Source of the DNA: Actinomycetes bacterium
GTDB lineage: Bacteria > Actinomycetota > Acidimicrobiia > Acidimicrobiales > Bog-793
NCBI GenBank assembly: GCA_021809805.1
Contig: JAJZKA010000004.1
Location: forward strand, 1 to 52,675
Length of the DNA stretch: 52,675 nt
Reading direction: 5' to 3'
The notes under the pieces were generated by a model that worked only from the letters and a program-made list of their open reading frames with translations, had not been told where the DNA came from and ran no database searches. The position numbers were made by a program, and so were the translations under genes. The first letter of the stretch is position 1. Every line of letters starts with the position of its first letter. Below, in pieces: positions 37,868 to 47,180 of this stretch.

Positions 37868-38881
37868 ATGAGCGTCAATGGAGAGCCGCCAGAAGGGCGT
37901 CCCACGCGCAGCAGCGTGCATCTGCTTCTGACGGGCGGAACCATCTGCCTCGCACTTGCGCTCGTCGGGATCATCGGCGCCGGAGAAGTCCGCTCACTCC
38001 CCACGTCATCGGCTAGCTCTCGCCGGCCCACTCCGGCCGCAACCACCGCAATCCCCTCAACGTCCACCTCCACAGCCACAACGACAACCGTCACGCCCAC
38101 AACGACGCAGCCAAGAGCGAAGAGCCGTCGCCGTCCTCCCCCACGCGCTGCTGCAACGACCACTACCGCACCGATTGCCCGCGGTCACCGAGTGACGCCT
38201 GGGGAGCGCCACCGGCGCGGCCTTGACTCCGCGTCGACACAGCCGCCGCCGCCGCCGACCACGACGACCACGACCGCACCGATCACCACGACCGAGCCTC
38301 TCTCGCGTCGCCCGGTTCCATCGACGACGACTACACCGTCCACCACGACGACCACGACTACACCGTCCACCACGACGACCACGACCGCACCGATCACCAC
38401 GACCGAGCCGCGTCCGAGGCCCTCGACGACAACGACGGTGCCCCGCCGTCGTCCGGCGCCGACCACTACCACTCCGCGGAAGCCTCCAACGACAACAGTC
38501 CCTCCGTCCCACCCCTCAACGACGACGACTGCGCCACCCGCCCGAAACACCACGACCACCAGCACCCAGGCGCCTGGACCCGCGAGCTCCGCCGTACAGA
38601 GCGTCGACGACGGATCCCTGTCGGGGCCGCTGTACTCCGCCAATATGTCGCTCGACCCAGCACCGGGTGCGCTATCGATAACGGCCACGTGGGGCGGGAC
38701 CGCCAATCTGTCGATCTCCGTCGACTGCGGCGGAGCGTCCGCTACACAGGCCGGCGAGTCGGGCCTCTATGTGACCGTGAACTCGCCGGGCGGAGCGTGC
38801 TCGGTAACGGTGGACGAGCCCGGAGCAACGCCGAGCAACGTCTCGTATCAACTGGTCATCGACTACCAGAAAGCGGCGTGA
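37868..38881 (+). CDS. Membrane-anchored/secreted Thr/Pro-rich protein with C-terminal beta domain
   Basis: N-terminal hydrophobic helix, poly-Thr repeats, about 95-aa beta-rich C-terminus with two Cys. Confidence 0.75.
   Translation: MSVNGEPPEGRPTRSSVHLLLTGGTICLALALVGIIGAGEVRSLPTSSASSRRPTPAATTAIPSTSTSTATTTTVTPTTTQPRAKSRRRPPPRAAATTTTAPIARGHRVTPGERHRRGLDSASTQPPPPPTTTTTTAPITTTEPLSRRPVPSTTTTPSTTTTTTTPSTTTTTTAPITTTEPRPRPSTTTTVPRRRPAPTTTTPRKPPTTTVPPSHPSTTTTAPPARNTTTTSTQAPGPASSAVQSVDDGSLSGPLYSANMSLDPAPGALSITATWGGTANLSISVDCGGASATQAGESGLYVTVNSPGGACSVTVDEPGATPSNVSYQLVIDYQKAA
38258..38409 (+). repeat. Coding repeats in the Thr-rich linker
   Basis: ACCACGACGACCACGACCGCACCGATCACCACGACCGAGCC occurs twice, plus a 27-bp tandem unit. 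Confidence 0.8.
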
Positions 38882-39936
38882 TGCAGAGACTCATTCGTCT
38901 GCGGCGCTTCGCATTCGTGCTCTGGCTCGTCGCCGTACCGGGCTTAGCGGTCGGCGCCTGGCTCGCTCTCGGTCACCTCCTCAGCGCAGGACGAGAGTCA
39001 CCGGCCGTAGTCGCTCTCGGCCGCGGCGTCGACGTGGGGATGGTGATTCTGTGGGCGCTAGCGAACATGGCGGCGGTGAATGCGACGATCGCCCCGTCGC
39101 TTCAGCGCCTGAGCGAGCACCGTTGGGTCCGACCTCGCAGGCCCTCGCTGTCTCCCGTTCTAGTCGACGAGAGCAAGGAACTCCTCGCCGATCTGCATGC
39201 CTTCCTCAGTGCTGCGTCGAGTCCGCGGTTGCCCGTCTCGGCAATCCATGTCTCGCCCACTGCCTTGGAAGTCGCGGCCGCTCCAGATACTGCCCACCCG
39301 CGTGGTCGGCGCTCTGTCGTCTCGCGACCAGTCGTTCTGACGACCGGCGACCTTCTGACAACCATCGCCCTCGTGTGCGCCGGCCGGGATCGCGACGGGC
39401 TGGTGTTCGTCGATCTTGCATCGCGTGAAGCCATTGCGTTCGAGGGATCTGTGGAAGATCGGACCGTGGTCGCCATCGAGTGGCTCCGCCAGCTTCAGGC
39501 GGCCCCTTGGTGTCAGGACGTAGAGCTCGCTGTGTACGGTTCCTTCAGCGGGGTAAGCGCCGGCGAGCTGCGTCGACCTCTTCGTAACGTCGGCGAGCTG
39601 ATCACCTACATCGAGGACACACGTACGGGCGCCGGCGGTTCGGCCGATGGGACTCGTCCTCTCACGGTTCTGCTCGTCGCGGAGGAGATTGGTGGTCTTG
39701 CGGCCGATGAGGTTGTGGTTGCGGCCCGTGCCAAGGAGGGGCTCGTCACGCTGTTCATGGTCGACAACCCGCCGGCGGCGCAGACATGGAAGGTCGGGGC
39801 CAGGAGTCTCGAGATCCCCGACATTGGGCAGGTACGCCGGGTCGCGTGGGCAGCAACCCTCCCGTCTCTCGAGAGCAGTCGTGCCACGCACTCGGCAGCT
39901 GCTCACGCGACTGTGTCGCCCCTCCGCACCGCGTAG
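38881..39936 (+). CDS. Truncated paralog of the LysM-BTAD protein (2 TM + middle domain only)
   Basis: ALVCAGRDRDGLVFVDLASREAIAFEG...LQAAPW matches ALVSIGEDQRGSVLVNLEEQGAVAVEG...LTWMPW. ATG overlaps the previous stop. Confidence 0.75.
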   Translation: MQRLIRLRRFAFVLWLVAVPGLAVGAWLALGHLLSAGRESPAVVALGRGVDVGMVILWALANMAAVNATIAPSLQRLSEHRWVRPRRPSLSPVLVDESKELLADLHAFLSAASSPRLPVSAIHVSPTALEVAAAPDTAHPRGRRSVVSRPVVLTTGDLLTTIALVCAGRDRDGLVFVDLASREAIAFEGSVEDRTVVAIEWLRQLQAAPWCQDVELAVYGSFSGVSAGELRRPLRNVGELITYIEDTRTGAGGSADGTRPLTVLLVAEEIGGLAADEVVVAARAKEGLVTLFMVDNPPAAQTWKVGARSLEIPDIGQVRRVAWAATLPSLESSRATHSAAAHATVSPLRTA

Positions 39937-39959
39937 TGGCCCCGGACGGACGGACGGGG

Positions 39960-40643
39960 CTACGAGCGAGACCAGGCTCGCTCGGCGGCTCGCTGCTCGG
40001 CCGACGGCTGCGCTGACCACCACCGGGGCTCCCTGTAGCGAAGCCATACAGAGCGGATGTGGGTCACGTACAACGTCCCTACCATGGCAGCGACGGCCAC
40101 GAGCCCGACGAAGCCATGCAGGCCGGCGTCGTGCGGGTAGCGGTGCGCGAGCTCCTGCGCTAGGGCGAGTCCGAACGACTGGCCGAGCACTCCCACGAGG
40201 AAGGCGAGCCCAAGCGTCCGAAGGAAACGTCCGATCCCGCCGCGATGGGGCGTGAGCAGCCAAGTAACCGGGCCGAGGACCGCGGCAACCGCGATCATGG
40301 CGCGCCGGCGAGCGAAGCTCCACACGAGAGCATGGCACTCGGGGCAGCGTGCCCGGTCGCAGGCGATCGGCGCATAGCAGCTGTGGCAGTAGCGGCCGCC
40401 GAGAGGGAGCTCAGTCCGCGGTTCGGCTACGTACGCCGGAGCTGCCGGGGCCTGCGCCGGCGGGGCCAGGAGCGAGATAGCTGCGGCCGCCGCCCGCTCT
40501 GTAACGGCATCGGACGCCGGATTGGAGATTGCTTGGCGCTCGCCGGACTCGCTAGCCCCGACGGGACGAGGCGACAGCAGGAGATACCTGGTGTCCCCCA
40601 CGCCTGTGTTCGAGTCGCTCGTTGCGGGAGTTCGGCTCAGCAT
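39960..40643 (-). CDS. Membrane protein with Zn-ribbon
   Basis: CHSC...CPEC followed by three hydrophobic helices. Confidence 0.65.
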   Translation of the reverse strand: MLSRTPATSDSNTGVGDTRYLLLSPRPVGASESGERQAISNPASDAVTERAAAAAISLLAPPAQAPAAPAYVAEPRTELPLGGRYCHSCYAPIACDRARCPECHALVWSFARRRAMIAVAAVLGPVTWLLTPHRGGIGRFLRTLGLAFLVGVLGQSFGLALAQELAHRYPHDAGLHGFVGLVAVAAMVGTLYVTHIRSVWLRYREPRWWSAQPSAEQRAAERAWSRS

Positions 40644-41881
40644 GACACCCCCTGTTGGCAGTTCACGGCTTCGGCTCCTCCCACGTAGGCAGGCTCTGCA
40701 GCGCTCCAGGCACTGACGACCGGGTCCCCCGCGGCTTGGCTGACGTTGAGGCTTGCGCCCTCATCTGGCACCACGGTGCCGTTGATCGTCACCGTCGTGA
40801 CGGCGCTGCCGTTCCATATGGTGCGAACCTCGAGCGGCCAACCTCCGGCCGGGCTGATCCCGTAGAAGGTGATGAGGCACGCCTGAGACGGCGTGAGGGT
40901 GCGGTCATCAGCACCGGGAAGCAACACGTTCTGAGAGGTCGAGCACTCCAACACGCCGTTCTCGGCGCTCGAGGGATCCGTCCCGTTGCAGGCACCCGTT
41001 CCGGCGGCGGAGCCTGCGCACCACTGGTAGCCATCTAGGGTCAACGTGATCACAGTCTGCACGTCAACGGTTTCATCGCCAATCGTCTGTCCACCGCCGT
41101 AGGTGTTCGTGATTGTCGGTTGGACCGAAGCGGCCTCCAACTGCGTCGGATAGTTGGCGTAGGTGTAACACGGCCCCGTCCCCTGCCCAGGGCAGCTCAG
41201 TCCGAAGTCTTCGATCTTGGGGATCGAGCCGCCGAGCGTCGTGGGCGCCGCTGCCTGCTCAAGGTAACTGGGGTCATTGAGCGTGTAAGGCTGGCCGCTG
41301 CCACTGCTCGGCGGTTGGGGCGGAGTGACTTGGATTGTGTACGTGACGAGGTATTGGCAGACGCTCATATTGTCGTTTGCGCCGTCCGCGCCGCAGTCCG
41401 CCGTGCTCGTCGTCGTGTCGACGCCGTAGTAGGCGAGGCACTGTGCGATCTCATCTTGGCCTTCGGTTCCGGAGACGCCACCTGGCGTGTCGTACACGAC
41501 GTGCACCATGAAGCTGATCTGAAGACCGGGGACGCTCCCTGGCAGCGTCGTCGGCGTGCTTGTCCACTCGTCTGCGGAGCAGTTTGTAGGCGGCGGAGTG
41601 CCGCCGCCACCGGTCGTCGATCCGCCGGGGTTCCCGGATGTCCCGGACGTGCCCGGGGCGCTCGACTCCGTGATGGAGCTCGAGCAGCTGAGGCCGCTAG
41701 CGCTCTCGGTGCACGAGCTCGAGCCACCTCCCCCGCTGGACCCCCCGGTTCCGCCGTCAGCGAATGCGTTGGCTGGGGATAGGGCGGCGAACAGCAGAAC
41801 GGAGAGGACTGCGACAACGACGCACCGTGCGCGGATCAACACGGCCCCTGCTGCGTTGAGTGGAAACCAGCGATCTTCCAT
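40637..41881 (-). CDS. Secreted Cys/Gly/Thr-rich surface protein (candidate pilus adhesin)
   Basis: Signal peptide ending ANAFA; many Cys; beta-rich C-terminal domain. Confidence 0.7.
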   Translation of the reverse strand: MEDRWFPLNAAGAVLIRARCVVVAVLSVLLFAALSPANAFADGGTGGSSGGGGSSSCTESASGLSCSSSITESSAPGTSGTSGNPGGSTTGGGGTPPPTNCSADEWTSTPTTLPGSVPGLQISFMVHVVYDTPGGVSGTEGQDEIAQCLAYYGVDTTTSTADCGADGANDNMSVCQYLVTYTIQVTPPQPPSSGSGQPYTLNDPSYLEQAAAPTTLGGSIPKIEDFGLSCPGQGTGPCYTYANYPTQLEAASVQPTITNTYGGGQTIGDETVDVQTVITLTLDGYQWCAGSAAGTGACNGTDPSSAENGVLECSTSQNVLLPGADDRTLTPSQACLITFYGISPAGGWPLEVRTIWNGSAVTTVTINGTVVPDEGASLNVSQAAGDPVVSAWSAAEPAYVGGAEAVNCQQGVSC

Positions 41882-42831
41882 CCGCTCGGGATGCCGTTAG
41901 CCGCTGGCGGAGCGTCGACCGTGAGCGTGACCTGCTCCCAGTCGTGCGCGGCCGCCGAGGCGCTGACAGGCTTGCCGGTCGACGTTGACACAATGCTGCC
42001 GGTGTCACAGGCGCGGAACTCGACGGCGCCCTGAAACGCCGTTGCCATGGGCTTGCCGTTCTGCATGACGGCGTAGGGGTTGTAGTTGGCGAAGGCCACA
42101 CTCGCCGGGAGGATGCCTGTTGTCTTCACGGTCTCAACGTCCCGCTCGCCCTTACTCGCCCAAGAAGACTTCAGCTTTTGGTAGTAGGAGACGAGCCGCG
42201 ACGTCGCCGAGTCCTCCACAGCGGAGAGCGACGAGCCGGGGTCGCCTGCCAGCCACTCCGTGATCGCGATGTCGTCCTCTTTCGCGTCGTAGACCATCTG
42301 ACGCAGCTCCAGCTGACCTGTCTTGGCGAGTTGGCTGCCGGGGATGCCGAGACTCGAGCCGACGTACACGCCCCGGTTGTCGGGAGACGCCCCGTCGCCT
42401 GCCCCGTCGGGCGTGGTGTTGACCGGCACGGGGGTCACCTTGACCCGGGGCACGGTTGTCTCGGGCGGGGACGTCCGCTTCTCTGTCGCGCCGCTCTTTG
42501 ACGGCGCACTCGTCCCGCCAGTCGGTGAGGTCTTATCTGGGGTGCCACCGCTCGAGCGTCCGTGGTGTCCCGATCGCGGCGCCGTCGTGGGAGGCGATGC
42601 GGCGGTCCCCGGAGTCGCGACGGTGGTAGTCGGGTGCCCCGTGGTCGGGGACGCAGCATGTCCGGTCTTCGTCGTTTCGGCGTGCGGTGCGGAGCTTGGT
42701 GTCGAGCTACAGGCTGCGGCGCCAAGCGCCACCGCTCCGATGGCAATACCGGTGGCGACTCGGCTGAGCACGTGGCGGTGGCGGTCGCGCGTCTCCTTGA
42801 CGAAGGATGCGACTACCGGCGTATCTGACAT
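41836..42831 (-). CDS. Putative lipoprotein
   Basis: Lipobox-like LGAAAC-SS, Thr/Pro linker, C-terminal domain ending WKI. Alternative start at 42873. Confidence 0.7.
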   Translation of the reverse strand: MSDTPVVASFVKETRDRHRHVLSRVATGIAIGAVALGAAACSSTPSSAPHAETTKTGHAASPTTGHPTTTVATPGTAASPPTTAPRSGHHGRSSGGTPDKTSPTGGTSAPSKSGATEKRTSPPETTVPRVKVTPVPVNTTPDGAGDGASPDNRGVYVGSSLGIPGSQLAKTGQLELRQMVYDAKEDDIAITEWLAGDPGSSLSAVEDSATSRLVSYYQKLKSSWASKGERDVETVKTTGILPASVAFANYNPYAVMQNGKPMATAFQGAVEFRACDTGSIVSTSTGKPVSASAAAHDWEQVTLTVDAPPAANGIPSGWKIAGFHSTQQGPC

Positions 42832-42869
42832 GGACGTGTCCTGTCGTTCTCGAGTGCGGGGGCTGGGAG

Positions 42870-43799
42870 TCATCGTGCAACTGTCCCGTTCCAAGCGAAC
42901 GCGCACCCGGGGTTCGCCGGGTGCGCGTTCAGGCAGACGTGGACCATGCCCGCGTTCGTGGTCGTGAAGGTGACCGTGAAGCGCCCAGGGCGGAGAGGCT
43001 CAACCCGGAATGCTGCGGTGCCCCGTGCGCCACCCTGACGAAGATGTGTCGCGCTGACGATGCGGACCACCGACTTGCCAGACGTCACCCGCGCGATCAC
43101 CAATGCGCCTACGGCCCCGCCTTCGCCGCCGTCTGCGTCGGGACCTGTGCCGACCGCGAGGGTGGGCGTGCAGTTGTACGCGATGGTGGCGATCCCGTCT
43201 CGCTTCGGTGGGCCCAGGACCGGGGAGACAAGGGCGGGGTCGTTGATCACGCCCCCGTAGGGCGCACACTGTGTCGGCAGCTTGCTCCCGGCCGACTTCG
43301 GCGCCCCGCCGGGGTCGACGGCAGCGCCGCGCACGACCACCGCACAGTCGACCACCCCGCAAACAGCATCGGCCCGGGGGTAGTGGGTCGAGAGTGTCAC
43401 TGCCCACGCTCCGTCCCCTGAAGTCAGGAGGTGGAAGGTGGCGAGGCCGGTCGCTCCCTGCGTCTTCGTGGTGGCCCCGACAAGGTGGACGAAGCGCTCG
43501 CCCTCGGTGATCCGAGCCGTCACCGGCAACCCGATCGTCGGTTCGCCCTCCAGGCCCTCGGGAGCGCAGCCAAACGCTGTCGTGACGGTGAAGGGCTCGG
43601 CTGCGTGCCCTGGGGAGTAGGCAATGGACCCTGGGCCGTTCGACCAGGCTTGGCCCTGCGCGACCACCTGGTTACCGGCGCATGCGGACAGCGGCTGTGG
43701 CCTGGTCGACGCCCCCACCGTCGCCGGCGTGGAGAAGGTGACGCCAGCGACCGTAGCTACTAGCGCTGCCGCTGTGATGAGGTGTTCAACCTTCGTCAC
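42870..43799 (-). CDS. Secreted protein with two Ig-like repeats
   Basis: RBS GGAGGAGG, signal peptide; VTARITEGERFVHLV...GLATFHL versus VIARVTSGKSVVRIV...GTAAFRV. Confidence 0.7.
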   Translation of the reverse strand: MTKVEHLITAAALVATVAGVTFSTPATVGASTRPQPLSACAGNQVVAQGQAWSNGPGSIAYSPGHAAEPFTVTTAFGCAPEGLEGEPTIGLPVTARITEGERFVHLVGATTKTQGATGLATFHLLTSGDGAWAVTLSTHYPRADAVCGVVDCAVVVRGAAVDPGGAPKSAGSKLPTQCAPYGGVINDPALVSPVLGPPKRDGIATIAYNCTPTLAVGTGPDADGGEGGAVGALVIARVTSGKSVVRIVSATHLRQGGARGTAAFRVEPLRPGRFTVTFTTTNAGMVHVCLNAHPANPGCAFAWNGTVAR

Positions 43800-43826
43800 C
43801 GTTCCTCCTCCCACCGTCACGAATAG

Positions 43827-45248
43827 CTACTTGCAGGCGTGCCCGGCCCAGTGGCCGAGGGTGACCGCCGCCTTGGTGAGCACCTGCGCGTCGGCGATGA
43901 GTTCGGTGCGCTGCGCCCCTACCGTGCGCGCCGGGTCGTCGCCGACACGGCCGAGAATCGTTCGGGCGTTGGTAGCGGCCTCGGACGCGTTGCGCGCTGT
44001 CGGGTCCAGCTGGTTGATGCGAGCGAGGTACGCAAGCACCGCTATGTCGTGACCGAGGGGCGCTGTGACCGCTCCTCCCGTTGCCCCCCGGAGAGGAATC
44101 GCCTCGATGCTGTGGAGGTCTGTGCACACGCTCGCGACCGAGACCGTCTTCACCGACGTTGTGGCACCGGTGGCCGCGGATGCCGGCGCCCGACGGTGGC
44201 TTGCCATGGCGAGCCCGCCGACGACGATGAGTAGCACAACCACCGCTGCTGCACCGATGACGATGCCGCGCCGCCGGCGCCCTCTCGGTCGCGGGAGCTT
44301 CAGTCCAAGACCGAGCCGCCTCGGCTCCGACTCCTCAAAGTCGAACGCGTTGTCGTCGTCTTCGTAGTCGATCTCGTCGAAGGCGGGGTCGTCGTCGAAA
44401 GCGAAGTCATCCTCCCCGTCGGTCGTCTGCGACAGTGCGGAGTCCGCGGCGCCGCCGGCGTCAGCCGTTGCGAGAGGGGTGTTCGGCTCGTCCACTGGTG
44501 CCTCCGTCAGCTCAGGCCTGCTGGCTTCGTCGTCATCGCAGCTCACCGCCACTGTCACACCCTGTTCGTAGTCTACCTTCTGATTGGCCGCGGTGTCGGT
44601 GTCGACAGTGACACTAGAGAGGGTCTGCGACACTTCCGTGTCACTGGCCTGCGCCGCCTGCGACGGCCAAGACGTCGACGCCATTTCGCTGCTGTGGAAG
44701 CGCTCCATCGCTCGAGCGATTCGCTCATCTGTGACGGTGATTCCGAGGACCGAGAGATCAAGCGACCAGGTGGCCTCAGATCGCGTTGACCACAGGCGTA
44801 CGGCGTCGACGAGATGCTGCCGAGTGTCGCCGAGCGACCACCCGTTCACAGTTGCGAGGTGGCGCAGAGCCGCCTCTCCTCGGGCCGCGTCGACCTCGGC
44901 ACTGATCGTCTTTACGCCGTAGCACGGCGCGCAGAGCGAGACGACCCGCAAGAGGGTCTGCGTCAGCGCGATGTCGTTGTACTCCCACACCTCCAGAGCG
45001 TGGAGCTTGCCGTCCCCAAAGCCGCATATCTCGCAACGGCGCTGCGCTGCTTCATGGCTCGCGACCCGGACCGCATCCCATTCGCTTGGCTCGAGGAACA
45101 CGCGCAGGGAGGCGAACCAGGACGTGCGCGGGACGAGCTCGACAGTAAGAGGCAATCCCATCGGCGTAGCGGCGCGGGCGGCGCGCACGGCCTCTCGGAG
45201 AGCGGGGGCGGTCGGACGCTCGTTGGAAACGAGGTTGTGCTCAGTCAC
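43827..45248 (-). CDS. HNH-like (probably inactive) domain + acidic linker + TM + extracytoplasmic helical domain
   Basis: LTVELVP.TSW, CEICG, EVWEY, LCAPC; RRRR then a TM helix; GTG overlaps the end of dnaB. Confidence 0.7.
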   Translation of the reverse strand: MTEHNLVSNERPTAPALREAVRAARAATPMGLPLTVELVPRTSWFASLRVFLEPSEWDAVRVASHEAAQRRCEICGFGDGKLHALEVWEYNDIALTQTLLRVVSLCAPCYGVKTISAEVDAARGEAALRHLATVNGWSLGDTRQHLVDAVRLWSTRSEATWSLDLSVLGITVTDERIARAMERFHSSEMASTSWPSQAAQASDTEVSQTLSSVTVDTDTAANQKVDYEQGVTVAVSCDDDEASRPELTEAPVDEPNTPLATADAGGAADSALSQTTDGEDDFAFDDDPAFDEIDYEDDDNAFDFEESEPRRLGLGLKLPRPRGRRRRGIVIGAAAVVVLLIVVGGLAMASHRRAPASAATGATTSVKTVSVASVCTDLHSIEAIPLRGATGGAVTAPLGHDIAVLAYLARINQLDPTARNASEAATNARTILGRVGDDPARTVGAQRTELIADAQVLTKAAVTLGHWAGHACK

Positions 45249-46560
45249 TGGAAACCTCTTGAGGGTCAATGGCGTCGGTGAAGTCGCCTCGCCAGCCAAA
45301 TCTCACGACCGCTCCAGGCTGCGAGTTGCGCGCCTTGGCGACTTCGACCTCGAGCACGTCTGGACCTGGAGTGGGGTTGTACGCGCCCTCGCGGTAAGCG
45401 AGCAGGACGACATCAGCGCTCTCCTCGATGGCCCCCGTGTCCTTCAGGTCCTCAAGTCGCGGATGTTTGTCGGATCGGCTCTCAACATTCCGGCTGATTT
45501 GTGACAGAGCGAGAACCGGCGTCTCGATGCGCTTGGGCATCACCTTCAGACGCCGCATCTCCGCGGACAGCTCGGCTGTGCGGTTGTCTCCTCGCTGCTC
45601 GAACAGCTGCACGTAGTCGATCACTGCCAGTCCGAGCGGCCGACCAATACGCTGGCGGAGCCTTGAAGCCGTGAGTTCGACGTAGGCGGCACTGAGTGGG
45701 GTGCGGTCGTCGATGTAGAGGGGAAGGCCGACGAGCTCCTCGCCGGCTCGACGAATCCGGTCCATCTCGGCAGCGTGGACCTTGCCGTGAAGCAGCTTCG
45801 CGTAGGGGACGTGCGCCAGCATCGAGAGGAGGCGCCAGATCAGCTCGGTCTCGCTCATCTCGCTCGAGAAGAAGAGCGCCGGGGCGCCGCTGCGAGCGAC
45901 GCGAAGCGCGCACCCGAGAGCGAGCGACGTCTTCCCCATCGAAGGTCGGCCGCCGAGAACGACGAGGCTGGTGCGAAGCGTGAGGACAGCGTCGTCGAGC
46001 GACGGGTATCCGAGCGACGCGATCGGTGAACTTATGCCGTGCGCGGCGACGGCATTGTCCATCGCTTCCGACGCGAGAACCGGCCCGCGCCGGCGCGAGT
46101 CATCGACTCCAAGGAGGAGCGACAAGGCTGACTCCAGGCGGCGCTCCACCGAGACGAGATCTCTGCCCTCCACCAGCCGGCCGCAGGCCTCGAGCAGCTG
46201 CCCACGCGCGTCACGGCGAACCGCGTGATCCGCGACGACGGCTGCCCACGAGCGGATGTCATCGAGCGTCGCCTCTTGCGGAAGGCTACGTAGCCGAGAG
46301 ATGACGTCGCCCTCTACCCCCGCTACGGCGAGCTGGTCTGCCAGTGCCACCACTTCGACCGGTCGGCCGGCGCACTCGAGGTCTCTGATCGCACCCCAGG
46401 TCGTGGAGAGGACCGCGTTGGTGAACTGCGTTGGCTCGACGAGACCCAGGGCCTCAAGCCGCAGCGTTCTGTCGGAGATCGCTGCGCCGACGAGTCGCCG
46501 TTCGGCCTCGTGGCTCGGGGAGCGAGATCCTTCCGTCCGTGGCGCCTCGACGAGGGTCAC
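45241..46560 (-). CDS. dnaB: Replicative DNA helicase, DnaB-like
   Basis: EAERRLVGA N-terminal domain, GRPSMGKT, SSEM, IDYVQL, LSQISR, GAIEESAD, KARN. Confidence 0.93.
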   Translation of the reverse strand: MTLVEAPRTEGSRSPSHEAERRLVGAAISDRTLRLEALGLVEPTQFTNAVLSTTWGAIRDLECAGRPVEVVALADQLAVAGVEGDVISRLRSLPQEATLDDIRSWAAVVADHAVRRDARGQLLEACGRLVEGRDLVSVERRLESALSLLLGVDDSRRRGPVLASEAMDNAVAAHGISSPIASLGYPSLDDAVLTLRTSLVVLGGRPSMGKTSLALGCALRVARSGAPALFFSSEMSETELIWRLLSMLAHVPYAKLLHGKVHAAEMDRIRRAGEELVGLPLYIDDRTPLSAAYVELTASRLRQRIGRPLGLAVIDYVQLFEQRGDNRTAELSAEMRRLKVMPKRIETPVLALSQISRNVESRSDKHPRLEDLKDTGAIEESADVVLLAYREGAYNPTPGPDVLEVEVAKARNSQPGAVVRFGWRGDFTDAIDPQEVSSD

Positions 46561-47180
46561 TTCGCCGTCCTCCGAGACGCGCCGACAAGTTGAAGCTCGA
46601 TGCAGTCGTCACAGAGCCGCTCGATGATCCTGCGGTCGCCAGGCGGGGATGGCGCCAGTCGTCGCTCGAGCTCAGCGCGATCCGCGTTCATCGTGACGAT
46701 CGTGGGCCGTCGGTTGGCCCATCGCTCGTTCAACAGGCGGTAGAGGCGGGAAAGCTCGCGCGCCGAGAGATCGCCGTCCACGAGGTACAAGAGGTCGTCG
46801 AGCACCAACAGGGAAGCCCGCTCGAGCAACGTGAAGTCCGCTTCGCCGGTCGCGTACGGATTGAGCACCTTGACCGTCGAAGCGAAGTGAGCGTCCACGG
46901 GCCGAGCGGCGACGTAACGCCGCAACAAAGCGGCAGCGAGGGTCGTCTTACCGAAGCCCACAGGACCTTCAAGGAAGAGCGTCCCCGACGGGGCATCTAC
47001 CCACCGCACCGCATCGTCCAGGAGCGCCATCTCGGCACGCCCGAAGCCGGCACGCAAGGCGGCGACATCCGCATCGGCGAACCGCGTGGGTAGCCCGACG
47101 ACGCGCCCGCAGGGCTCGGGGTTGGGAGCGTCACCGACTTGGAGTGTGGCAAGCAAGTCGCTCACCGTCTGGCGGCTCAT
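46557..47180 (-). CDS. DnaC/IstB-like ATPase (helicase loader)
   Basis: LPTRFADA, GPVGFGKT, LLVLDDL, LLNERW..RRPTIVTMN, RIIERL; ATG 47180 overlaps the upstream stop. Confidence 0.88.
   Translation of the reverse strand: MSRQTVSDLLATLQVGDAPNPEPCGRVVGLPTRFADADVAALRAGFGRAEMALLDDAVRWVDAPSGTLFLEGPVGFGKTTLAAALLRRYVAARPVDAHFASTVKVLNPYATGEADFTLLERASLLVLDDLLYLVDGDLSARELSRLYRLLNERWANRRPTIVTMNADRAELERRLAPSPPGDRRIIERLCDDCIELQLVGASRRTAK

Noticed and set aside
38250-38560. Possible CRISPR-like or non-coding repeat array
   Set aside because: Repeats are in-frame Thr codons with no unique spacers and no cas genes.
44606-44646. CAGTGACAC...GTGTCACTG inverted pair inside the HNH-like gene
   Set aside because: Spacing of 23 nt and no correctly placed -10; not counted in the regulon.
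46557-47180. IS21 IstB helper
   Set aside because: No IstA transposase or IS ends; context between initiator and DnaB indicates a helicase loader.
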